Shown piece after piece: positions 18,605-28,347 of a DNA stretch of 53,615 bases. Within the stretch, counting starts at the first letter, position 1; every line of letters starts with the position of its first letter. This DNA is from Bdellovibrionales bacterium RIFOXYD12_FULL_39_22 (GTDB lineage: Bacteria > Bdellovibrionota > Bacteriovoracia > Bacteriovoracales > Bacteriovoracaceae), in NCBI GenBank assembly GCA_001770205.1, contig MEQL01000027.1, forward strand, positions 62,001 through 115,615, in the 5' to 3' direction. The position numbers and the translations under genes were made by a program. The notes beneath the pieces were generated by a model that saw only the letters and a list, made by a program, of their open reading frames with translations, did not search any database and was not told the DNA's origin.

Positions 18605-19750
18605 ATGATTATTATAAATAGACTTGTCGTTCTACTTGTCTTGTTTGCAATATCGTCTTGTGCGGATATGCCCTTGCGTGATCCCGGAAGCACTCGGCCA
18701 TTTAGAAGAGTGATGCTTTTTAATGGAGCAGGTTTTAAAACTGCCATGTTTTTGGGGATGTATAAAGCTGCCAAAGATAACGATCTGGCCCCAGATGCTA
18801 TTATTGCTGGTTGCGGCGGTGCGGTGGCCGCGGGTATTGTTAACCAAATTGCAGATTCAGAAAAGCAGCTAGAATTTGTTAAAGGATATGAGTTTTATAA
18901 ATTTCTAAAATCAATCGAAATGACAGAGTACTCCTCGTTAGGCAAAACGGTCAAATTGGCGGCCGGATACAATATTAAAAATAGATTTGCCAATAAAGTT
19001 CCAAACATATTTGATAAATATCTAATGCATATTCCTGATCAAATTGGTATGCCGATTTTCCAACACTCTATCGGGGATGGAGAGGTTCCCATTTTGATAG
19101 TGGGTGGCAAGGCGCTTTTTAATAAATCAGAAGTGGGGGCACCAATAGATAAAAAACTTTTTAAAGAAGTATATTTTACTGGTCAAGAGATGGCAGTGTT
19201 GCTGGAAGGGTTTCTTTCTCCCATTGCACAGCAGTTTCCCCAATCATCAGTAATGTCAGAAACTGCCGCTATTTTAGATGTCTCGTTAGAGGATGCCATT
19301 AGAAGTTCAATTTCAGATATGTTTTATGTTAACCCTAAAAAAATTGGCGAGGATTACTATATTACAGGGGCCATTGATCTTCACCCCATAGAGTTGGCAT
19401 CATTCTTAGCGGAAGAGATTATGATGTTATATACCCCTAAGTTTGATCCAATCCTAGAGGAAGGAGCAATGCAAGCGGCCTTCCATTACTCATATAATCA
19501 GCGGTTAAAATCAATTCAGCGAGAAGAACAAGGCGTGGATTATTGGATTGATTATACCGATTTCCCTTCAAAGTTTTCGCTTCAACCGTCCGTTAGGCTT
19601 AGTAAGCTTGCGGTAACCAGCGGAATGCCGGATGATTATCAAGAATTTAGAAATATTGTTCATGCACAATATTGGTATGGATATAATAGAACCATTGAGG
19701 CAATAAAAAACCAGGGATCATTGAAACATATTCGCAATAAAAACTGGTAG
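18605..19750 (+). CDS. Patatin-like lipoprotein with an atypical active site
   Basis: Lipobox ISSC; 'LFNGAGFK.AMFLG' oxyanion-type loop; IIAGCGGA at the GxSxG position; 'AIRSSIS'. Confidence 0.7.
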   Translation: MIIINRLVVLLVLFAISSCADMPLRDPGSTRPFRRVMLFNGAGFKTAMFLGMYKAAKDNDLAPDAIIAGCGGAVAAGIVNQIADSEKQLEFVKGYEFYKFLKSIEMTEYSSLGKTVKLAAGYNIKNRFANKVPNIFDKYLMHIPDQIGMPIFQHSIGDGEVPILIVGGKALFNKSEVGAPIDKKLFKEVYFTGQEMAVLLEGFLSPIAQQFPQSSVMSETAAILDVSLEDAIRSSISDMFYVNPKKIGEDYYITGAIDLHPIELASFLAEEIMMLYTPKFDPILEEGAMQAAFHYSYNQRLKSIQREEQGVDYWIDYTDFPSKFSLQPSVRLSKLAVTSGMPDDYQEFRNIVHAQYWYGYNRTIEAIKNQGSLKHIRNKNW

Positions 19751-19841
19751 CTCATTTGAGCTTTAGACTCGGATAATGCCGGCAAAATGGAGATCTAAAT
19801 ATCTAATCAAAACACTCTTTTTAAATTATCACAAATATTAA

Positions 19842-20978
<1,137 letters not shown>

Positions 20979-20995
20979 TTTTACTGCAATTTATC

Positions 20996-21043
20996 AAACA
21001 GATCTGTCGCGCTATAGGGTGCCCCTTGGCGACAGATCTGTTT
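20996..21043 (+). terminator. Intrinsic terminator hairpin after gap
   Basis: 15-bp perfect IR AAACAGATCTGTCGC / GCGACAGATCTGTTT, followed by ATTT. Confidence 0.8.
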
Positions 21044-21119
21044 ATTTAGCATCTCCCACGTTGATTCCATTTATATAGGAAAAATGTTCCTAGTATCGAA
21101 TAAAAGCCTACTACTTTTT

Positions 21120-21146
21120 TTAAGGGATTATGTTATTTGCCGATAA
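21120..21146 (+). promoter_or_regulatory. Sigma28 (FliA)-like promoter
   Basis: TTAAGGGA-N11-GCCGATAA (perfect -10), about 40 nt upstream of ATG 21186. Confidence 0.6.
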
Positions 21147-21185
21147 AACCTTTGTGAAGGGGATGGGCCATAATTGGGAGGGAAT

Positions 21186-22250
21186 ATGAATGTATTTGTA
21201 TGTTTTTTTTTCATTTTGTTAGTATCGAGTAGTTTTGCAGAAAGTTACCAGTTTCAAGTAGAAAAAGGAGTTTTTTCAGGGCGCGATGCAAAAGCTGAAA
21301 AACTTTATGCCCAGCAAGAGAATAGAGAGTATAAAACCAATCCGACTGTGATCGTTTACGACTTATTAAAAAAATATGCTGAAGCAAGCGATGTCGAAAC
21401 AATTAAATCCGCCAAAGAACAACTGACATTCCTGTTTAGCGAAGATCCAGGTCTATTAAGCAAAGATTATGTTCAATTGATACAAGATACGAAGACAGGT
21501 AAAGAAAGCTGGCGTTTTTTAAAAGGTATGGATCTAATCCATAATCTCCCCGCGGAACGCAAAGTTGAATTATTTTTAAACTTTGACAAAAGAGGCCTTT
21601 TTTCTCGTGAAGCTCTTTTTAGAAAGCATGTATCTTTATACGAAGAAGATTTTGCAAGTGATCTCATACAGATGTGGAAAGCCAAGAATAAAGATAACGA
21701 CAAGTATCTTGACATAAATTTCATAGATTCTGCTGATCAAAATTTACTTCACTATGTGAGCGGTTTAGTGAGCGGTTTCGGTGAACTCAATTATTATATT
21801 GAACATTCGAAGAAAGAGGATTTTGTTAGGGCTTGCTCCAAGGATTCATTAAATTCCAATCATCAGACTCCTTTTATGACAAGCGTTTCTCAATGTGGCG
21901 AAAGTAAAGAAGAGATTGATGATGCTTGTGAAGAAATTTTGAAGCGTTTTATTGAAATGGGTTGTGATGTAGTAACGCCTGATAAAGATGGAGTACCGCC
22001 ACTAGAATTGCTGCGAGCAAAAAGCAAAAAACTCAATCATCGTTATGCCGAGCTTGTTTTGCGATTAGAAAAAATAACTGGTGCAACCGACCCTGTGGCG
22101 CAACTAAGAGTAGATAATCGCACCTTGATTACAGCATTGGCGCAAATGGGCGCAAACTGCAAAACGGCCATTAGCGAAAAAGAATTAAAAGAGATGGAGC
22201 AGCGGGCCGCAGAGACGGGGTCTATTGGCGGCCAAGGCTCTCCAAAATAA
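21186..22250 (+). CDS. Secreted hypothetical protein with degenerate ankyrin-like repeats
   Basis: Signal peptide ending SSSFA; DQNLLHY, HQTPFM and D.VTPDKDGVPPL segments look ankyrin-like. Confidence 0.65.
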   Translation: MNVFVCFFFILLVSSSFAESYQFQVEKGVFSGRDAKAEKLYAQQENREYKTNPTVIVYDLLKKYAEASDVETIKSAKEQLTFLFSEDPGLLSKDYVQLIQDTKTGKESWRFLKGMDLIHNLPAERKVELFLNFDKRGLFSREALFRKHVSLYEEDFASDLIQMWKAKNKDNDKYLDINFIDSADQNLLHYVSGLVSGFGELNYYIEHSKKEDFVRACSKDSLNSNHQTPFMTSVSQCGESKEEIDDACEEILKRFIEMGCDVVTPDKDGVPPLELLRAKSKKLNHRYAELVLRLEKITGATDPVAQLRVDNRTLITALAQMGANCKTAISEKELKEMEQRAAETGSIGGQGSPK

Positions 22251-22290
22251 GTAGATGTGCTACTTTTTCATACCCCTCCCCCAATAGGCA

Positions 22291-22622
22291 GTGAATGTTG
22301 GGCAACCAATTGTTTTAATGGGGGCCCGGAAAGTTGGCAAATCTTATCTGGTTACCCAATTTGGAAAAGAACATTTTAAAAAAATTCACACTTTTAATAT
22401 ACTCATTTGTTAGAATATAATTTTAATCATAAAGGATTTGTGGCAGAAAGTTTTGTATTGCAAGAACTAACTGCTACCATTTTTAGAAATACACCGATTT
22501 ATACATACAAAAGTGCTCAGTCCGAAATTGAATTTTTGATTGAGGATAAGGGGATGATTTTACCTGTCGAGGTCAAGGCCGGACTTAATTTAAAGGCAAA
22601 AAGTTTGACGGCCTTTAATTAA
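22291..22622 (+). pseudogene. Internally deleted AAA ATPase / DUF4143 gene remnant
   Basis: 22291-22413 encodes QPIVLMGARKVGKSYLVTQFG (Walker A). 22407-22622, in another frame, encodes G.VAE.FVLQEL...EIEFLIE...PVEVKAG (DUF4143 nuclease-like end). Confidence 0.8.
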
Positions 22623-25293
22623 AGCGCTGAATATTTTCCCTTATCACCGCAATCTTCTGGGCAAATTCAGAAGCGTTGTGTTTAACTTCTGCCACCACAT
22701 CCTCTGGAGCATTTTTGATAAAATTTTCATTAGATAGTTTCCCATTATATTTATCAAATTCTTTTTGTGCCTTCTGCAGATCTTTTTGCAATCGCTGAAC
22801 TTGTGCAGCAATGTCAACAAATCCCTCTAGCGGAATAAATATTTCACAAAAGGAGGTGGCGGCCATAATGGATTTTTTTGGACGAATGTCAGATCTGTTT
22901 TTGATCGCCATGGATTTAATTTTGGCCAGATCTTGGAGGTTGGCCAAATTATTTTGAAGATAATTTTTAACTTCCACGATTTCTGTGAAAATCTCCACGT
23001 TAACCAAATCTTTTGGTTTAATATCAACGGAGGCACGCAAATTGCGAATTAAGGATACTATCTCAATAAAGCGATTCATGTTGTTTTGATCATCAGCAAA
23101 AACTAGCTCTTCTGTAAATTCTGGAAAATCGGCCACAATAAGCAAATCTTCCTGTGGAGATTTGAGATAGGACCACAACTCTTCAGTAATAAAAGGCGCA
23201 AAAGGATGTAAAATGGCCACAATTTTTTTGAAGGTGAATTTCAAAACAGTGGCCCGCTGGGCCCGGGCCTTCTGATCTTCGCTATATAAAATATTTTTGG
23301 AGAGTTCAATAAACCAAGAGCAAAATTTATCGTAGACAAAAGAATAGATGGCCGCACTAGCGTCGTCATAGCGATATTCTTCCATGGAATCATTAACAAT
23401 TTTGATCACACTATTTAGTTCTGAAATAATCCAGCGTTCATGAGGAGCTAGTTTATTGGATGTCGGCAGTTTTTGTTCAGCAGTGTTTAAAAATGGGTGA
23501 ACAAAGCGAAAGGCATTCCATACCTTATTCATAAAATTGCGGTATCCACTGATTCGTTCTGGATCAAGATTAAGGTTGCGATTATAACCAGAACCGGCGG
23601 TTAAGGTGAATCTTAGAGCATCGGCACCGTATTGCCCTACAATTTCTAAAGGATCAATTCCATTGCCCAGAGATTTACTCATTTTTCTACCAAACTTATC
23701 GCGAACAATGGCGTGAATGTAGACGTGATTGAAAGGAACATTTCCTATCGCCTTATCACACATCATCATCATTCGGGCCACCCAGAAAAAAATGATATCA
23801 TAGCCAGTTATAAGCGTAGAGGTTGGATAGAAGGTGTCAAATTTGCGCTCGCGCATACGCTCAGGATTGGGCCATCCCAGAAGAGTAAGAGGCCACAGGC
23901 CAGAACTAAACCAAGTATCTAGGACATCTGGATCTTGATAAAAATTAGAAGAGTCACACTTAGTACAACCGGATGGTTCATCTTTGCTGGCCCAGGTGTA
24001 ATGGCACTTCTTACAGTAATAAACTGGAATTTGATGGCCCCACCACAGCTGTCGAGAAATACACCAATCCCTTGGTTCTTTTAACCAAGCGAAATAGGTG
24101 TTCTCCCACCCTTTTGGGAAAAAACGAGTAGTATCAGCAGTAACGCGTTCAATCCCTTGCTTGGCCATTTTCTGTACATTTAAAAACCACTGACGAGAAA
24201 CCATTGGCTCAATGACAGTACCAGAGCGTTCACCGTGGCCCACTTGATGAATGTGCTCTTTGATTTCCTTTAATATTTCAAGGTGCTCTAATTCTTTAAT
24301 AATTTCTAGGCGGGCCTTACTACAAGTCAGTCCCTTATATTGCAGGCCATTTTCGTTAAGGGTTCCATCTTTGTTTAAGATATTTACAATTTCTAGATTG
24401 TGTCGTTTACCAAGCTCAAAATCATTAAAGTCATGGCCGGGAGTGACTTTTAAACAACCCGTTCCTTTGTCAATATCCACATATTCATCAGCAAGAATGG
24501 GGACAACACGATTACATATTGGGATGATTGCTTTTTTTCCAATAAGATGTTTATAGCGATCATCATTGGGATTTATTGCTACGGCCGTATCACCGAGCAG
24601 AGTTTCTGGGCGAGTAGTGGCAATTTCTAATTTCTCATCACTTCCCTCCACTTGATAAAGTATATGATAAAAATTTCCTTTTACTTCTTTGTGCTCTACC
24701 TCTGCGTCAGAAATGGCCGACTGTAGAGTGGTATCCCAATTAATAATGTAGTTGGCCTGATAAATTAATTTCTCATTGTACATGTTAACAAAAAATTCGC
24801 GAACCGCTTTGTTAGCATCGGGATCTAGCGTAAACATGGCATAGTCCCAATCGGCACTGGCCCCTAATGATTTTTGCTGATCTAAAATAATATTTCCATA
24901 CTCTCGTTTCCATTGCCAAATTTTTTCAACAAACTCTTCTTTAGTAAATTGATGACGAGTTTTCTTTTCTTTTTCCCAAACTAACTTTTCTACTACCGCT
25001 TGAGTCGCTATCCCGGCATGATCAGTACCTGGAAGCCAAAGCGTTTCATATCCCTTCATCCGTTTAAAGCGAATAATGGCATCTTGCGTAGTTGCGTCTA
25101 ATGCATGTCCAACATGCAGGCGGCCAGTAACATTTGGTAGAGGCATAACAATAGAGAATGGCCGGTGTTGCTTTCCTTTGCGTGCTTTAAAATATTTTCC
25201 TTCTTCCCAGCGCGTGTACCACTTAGTTTCAATATCTTTCGGAGAGAAAATTTTTTCTATTTCATTGTGTGTTTGATCCATCGTTTTATCCAT
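22615..25293 (-). CDS. valS: Valyl-tRNA synthetase
   Basis: LPNVTGRLHVGHA, DWCISRQLWWGH, KMSKS, C-terminal coiled coil. Confidence 0.98.
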   Translation of the reverse strand: MDKTMDQTHNEIEKIFSPKDIETKWYTRWEEGKYFKARKGKQHRPFSIVMPLPNVTGRLHVGHALDATTQDAIIRFKRMKGYETLWLPGTDHAGIATQAVVEKLVWEKEKKTRHQFTKEEFVEKIWQWKREYGNIILDQQKSLGASADWDYAMFTLDPDANKAVREFFVNMYNEKLIYQANYIINWDTTLQSAISDAEVEHKEVKGNFYHILYQVEGSDEKLEIATTRPETLLGDTAVAINPNDDRYKHLIGKKAIIPICNRVVPILADEYVDIDKGTGCLKVTPGHDFNDFELGKRHNLEIVNILNKDGTLNENGLQYKGLTCSKARLEIIKELEHLEILKEIKEHIHQVGHGERSGTVIEPMVSRQWFLNVQKMAKQGIERVTADTTRFFPKGWENTYFAWLKEPRDWCISRQLWWGHQIPVYYCKKCHYTWASKDEPSGCTKCDSSNFYQDPDVLDTWFSSGLWPLTLLGWPNPERMRERKFDTFYPTSTLITGYDIIFFWVARMMMMCDKAIGNVPFNHVYIHAIVRDKFGRKMSKSLGNGIDPLEIVGQYGADALRFTLTAGSGYNRNLNLDPERISGYRNFMNKVWNAFRFVHPFLNTAEQKLPTSNKLAPHERWIISELNSVIKIVNDSMEEYRYDDASAAIYSFVYDKFCSWFIELSKNILYSEDQKARAQRATVLKFTFKKIVAILHPFAPFITEELWSYLKSPQEDLLIVADFPEFTEELVFADDQNNMNRFIEIVSLIRNLRASVDIKPKDLVNVEIFTEIVEVKNYLQNNLANLQDLAKIKSMAIKNRSDIRPKKSIMAATSFCEIFIPLEGFVDIAAQVQRLQKDLQKAQKEFDKYNGKLSNENFIKNAPEDVVAEVKHNASEFAQKIAVIRENIQRFN

Positions 25294-26602
25294 TAGGTTT
25301 AATAGTTTTTATGATTGTTGTAATATCGTTAATTGGAAGATTATGCTGTTCCTTGTTAGAGAGGTTTTTGATTTGCACTTGGCCATTTTTCACTTCTTGC
25401 TCTCCAATCAGTGCAACAAAGCTTGCTCCTTGTTTTTCTGCGTAAGGAAATACTTTGTTAAATTTTAATTCTTGAGGATAAAAAAGAGTTTTTATCTTAT
25501 TGGCGCGCAAAGTTTGGGCAAAACGAGTAGCAAAAAGCAGAGCATTTTCGTTTTGAAAAGTTACTAGCATATCTACTTCTGGCCCAAAATTTTTGTTGAG
25601 CAACTGGTGTGTTATCAAAAAATCTGTTAGTGTCACATCCCCCAAACCAAATCCAACACCAGAGAGTGCTGGTTCATTGAAGATGGTGAGCAGATTAGAA
25701 TAAGCACCACCGCCTGAAATGGCCCTTCTGTTTTCTGGGTTTTTATCAAAGATTTCAAAAACTACGCCCGTATAATAATCAAGTCCGCGCACAATTGTTG
25801 GTGAATATTTTAAAAATTTAAGAAGGCCTAGTTCTTTAAAAAGAGTAATAAGATTTCTAAACTCAGTCATTTCTGTCGTTATTTTAAATTTGTCAATGAA
25901 GTCTAGGCATTCATCAAAATTAGCGATAGCAAGATATTTGTAAAACAGGCCAGAAGATTCAGATGGCATGGCCAGCGCGGCCACCATTTCTTCCAATGCT
26001 TCCCGAGAAACTTTGGTGGATTTATCAACAATCTTGTATAGCTTATATACGGTATTATCATCAAGCTTCATTATTTGACGGAAAATATGATCAACAAAGC
26101 GGCGATCATTAACTAAAATTTCAAAATGTTTTTCGGTAGCACCAAAACTTTGCAAAAAAGCGATGGCCAGTTGGAAGATTTCCAATTCTCCCATGGAAGG
26201 AGGAGCACCAAAAATATCACAGTTAAACTGCCAGTGCTCACGAAGGCGACCTTTTTGTGGTTTTTCATAGCGCATTAGATTCGGAATGGCATACCAGCGA
26301 ATCGGCTTGGGTGTCTCGCGATGAATTTGTGCCACCATACGTGCGAGTGTTGGAGTCATTTCAGGGCGAATTGCCACAAAACGCTCTCCTCGATCATGAA
26401 AAGAATAGATTTGCTCATTGATTAATTCTTCTCCCGATTTTGCCCGATATAGTTCAACTTCTTCTAGCATTGGGCCATCATATGGTTCATGGCCAAAAAG
26501 TTCTGCCGTTTCACGCATTTTAGAGAAGATAAAATTTTGCAGGCGCTTTTCTTTTGGAAAAAAATCACGACAACCACGGTATGGATTTTTTGATAGCGAC
26601 AT
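25286..26602 (-). CDS. hisS: Histidyl-tRNA synthetase
   Basis: RPEMTP, RYEKPQKGRLREHWQ, VRGLDYYTG. Confidence 0.98.
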   Translation of the reverse strand: MSLSKNPYRGCRDFFPKEKRLQNFIFSKMRETAELFGHEPYDGPMLEEVELYRAKSGEELINEQIYSFHDRGERFVAIRPEMTPTLARMVAQIHRETPKPIRWYAIPNLMRYEKPQKGRLREHWQFNCDIFGAPPSMGELEIFQLAIAFLQSFGATEKHFEILVNDRRFVDHIFRQIMKLDDNTVYKLYKIVDKSTKVSREALEEMVAALAMPSESSGLFYKYLAIANFDECLDFIDKFKITTEMTEFRNLITLFKELGLLKFLKYSPTIVRGLDYYTGVVFEIFDKNPENRRAISGGGAYSNLLTIFNEPALSGVGFGLGDVTLTDFLITHQLLNKNFGPEVDMLVTFQNENALLFATRFAQTLRANKIKTLFYPQELKFNKVFPYAEKQGASFVALIGEQEVKNGQVQIKNLSNKEQHNLPINDITTIIKTIKPNG

Positions 26603-26760
26603 GTAATGCTCCTCTTAAAATAAGGCCATATTCTCCATGTTTTCCCCCAATTTGACAATATTGATAGAGGATAAAATAGGGCCAAATGCTCAACTACTGT
26701 TTTTTCTTTATCCGTGCACCAAATGGCCGTAATCTACTATTGCACTCTCGCAATTAAAGG

Positions 26761-27318
26761 ATGCGTGCTATGAAGATAAATATATATGATTATGATGGTA
26801 AGAGGTTAGCTCAAATAGATGGCCATGCTCCAATATATATCACTAATGCCATTGAGTCTCTTCCTATTGAAAAAATACCATTTCGAGAAAATATAGATAT
26901 TTTAAGAACGTTACAGGAATTAAATGAGCAGCAAAAAATGAAGGCCGAATCTATTATGATGATTGATGATGACTTGGAATTTTTAGAAATATCCAAGCAC
27001 TGGATTGCTAAACTTGGCCATTATGTAGAAACATTTACTAATGCAGAGGCGGCATTTGGCAGGTTACGAAAATTTGTCAACAATCGTTATGATCGTATAA
27101 TCGTAGACAATAGAATGCCTGATATTTCAGGAGCAAGTTTAGTTAAAACAATTTTAAAATTGAAAGTTACTGCTAAAATACAAATTCTATCTGCAAATAT
27201 AGCAGAGGTTCCTCGTGATATTTCATCAAAGATAATGATAATTCAAAAGCCATGCAATATGGTAAATATTGTTGGGGCGGCCTCAAAAGCACATGTAACG
27301 AAAGGTGAAGGGGGATAA
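26761..27318 (+). CDS. Response-regulator receiver domain protein with N-terminal extension
   Basis: IDDD, IIVDNRMPD.SG, QKP. Confidence 0.8.
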   Translation: MRAMKINIYDYDGKRLAQIDGHAPIYITNAIESLPIEKIPFRENIDILRTLQELNEQQKMKAESIMMIDDDLEFLEISKHWIAKLGHYVETFTNAEAAFGRLRKFVNNRYDRIIVDNRMPDISGASLVKTILKLKVTAKIQILSANIAEVPRDISSKIMIIQKPCNMVNIVGAASKAHVTKGEGG

Positions 27319-27319
27319 A

Positions 27320-28315
27320 ATGATGGCCGAGGCCAATGTTAAATATGCCGCAGTTCCTATTGCTAAAATTGAACCAGATATCGCTCTTTGTTCGGATGTC
27401 TATGTATTGGTGAATGACAAATACATTAAATTCAAAGAAAGAAATGATATTATTCCTGGTGAGAAGTATAATTTTTTTCTTTCAAAAAACATTAAACAGC
27501 TCTATGTAGAAATTGGCCAGCTACAAGATTTTATGAATTGGCTAAAATCTAAGCAAAGTGAAAAAATCGATGCCATTGTTCAGGAAGTGGGAGAGGAGTA
27601 TCGTCCACAGGTGGCAAAAAGAGAAGAGTTAAAAGAGAAAATTTTCGAGACATTTGCCAATGAAGAAGTTTCATCAGAGACAGTAACTTTGGTTCAGGGA
27701 ATGGTAGAAAATATTGTAGGAGAAGTTTCAAAAAAGCAAATTCCGGCGCATGTTTTGGCCAAATTGGTTGCTCAGAACTCTACGATAGCTGATCATTCGG
27801 TTAATGTGGCCAATTTGGCAGTATTTTTTTCGATGGTTTTAGGCCATGGCCATCAATTTGTACTGGAAAATATTTATATGGGGGCATTGTTTCATGACTA
27901 TGCTAAGGCAAAAATTCCCGAAGCGTTATTGATTGCGCCAACTTCTCCAAAATATACCCATGCTATTCAGGAGCATCCAGAAAAAGGACGCGCTTTAATT
28001 TCGCAATTAGATAAAATTCCAGAACAGGTTTTAACTATCGTTGAGCAGCATCACGAACAATATAGCGGAAAAGGTTATCCGAAAGGATTGGCAGAAGATA
28101 AAATATATGAATCTGCCTTAATCGTTTCTATGGCAAATGTTTATGATAATACTTTGACGCTCAATAAGGGCAAAGCTTACGAGGATCGTCATAAAATTGC
28201 CTGGAAAGTTTTAGAATATGATAATGGGAAACAATTTAATCCGAAGCACATTCCACGCATAATTGATGCCGTAAAACTGGCCTTCGGCAATTTCACTAGA
28301 CAGCGGAAGGCGTAA
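27320..28315 (+). CDS. HD-GYP domain protein (cyclic dinucleotide phosphodiesterase family)
   Basis: DHSVNV, LFHDYAK, HP..G, QHHEQYSGKGYP.GL. Confidence 0.88.
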   Translation: MMAEANVKYAAVPIAKIEPDIALCSDVYVLVNDKYIKFKERNDIIPGEKYNFFLSKNIKQLYVEIGQLQDFMNWLKSKQSEKIDAIVQEVGEEYRPQVAKREELKEKIFETFANEEVSSETVTLVQGMVENIVGEVSKKQIPAHVLAKLVAQNSTIADHSVNVANLAVFFSMVLGHGHQFVLENIYMGALFHDYAKAKIPEALLIAPTSPKYTHAIQEHPEKGRALISQLDKIPEQVLTIVEQHHEQYSGKGYPKGLAEDKIYESALIVSMANVYDNTLTLNKGKAYEDRHKIAWKVLEYDNGKQFNPKHIPRIIDAVKLAFGNFTRQRKA

Positions 28316-28347
28316 ATGCCTCTCTCTTTTCTACGGGAGAGAAGGAG

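Noticed and set aside
28319..28345. Hairpin next to the recD2 RBS as a regulatory switch
   Set aside because: Short CT/GA-rich stem, easily arising by chance; no further support.
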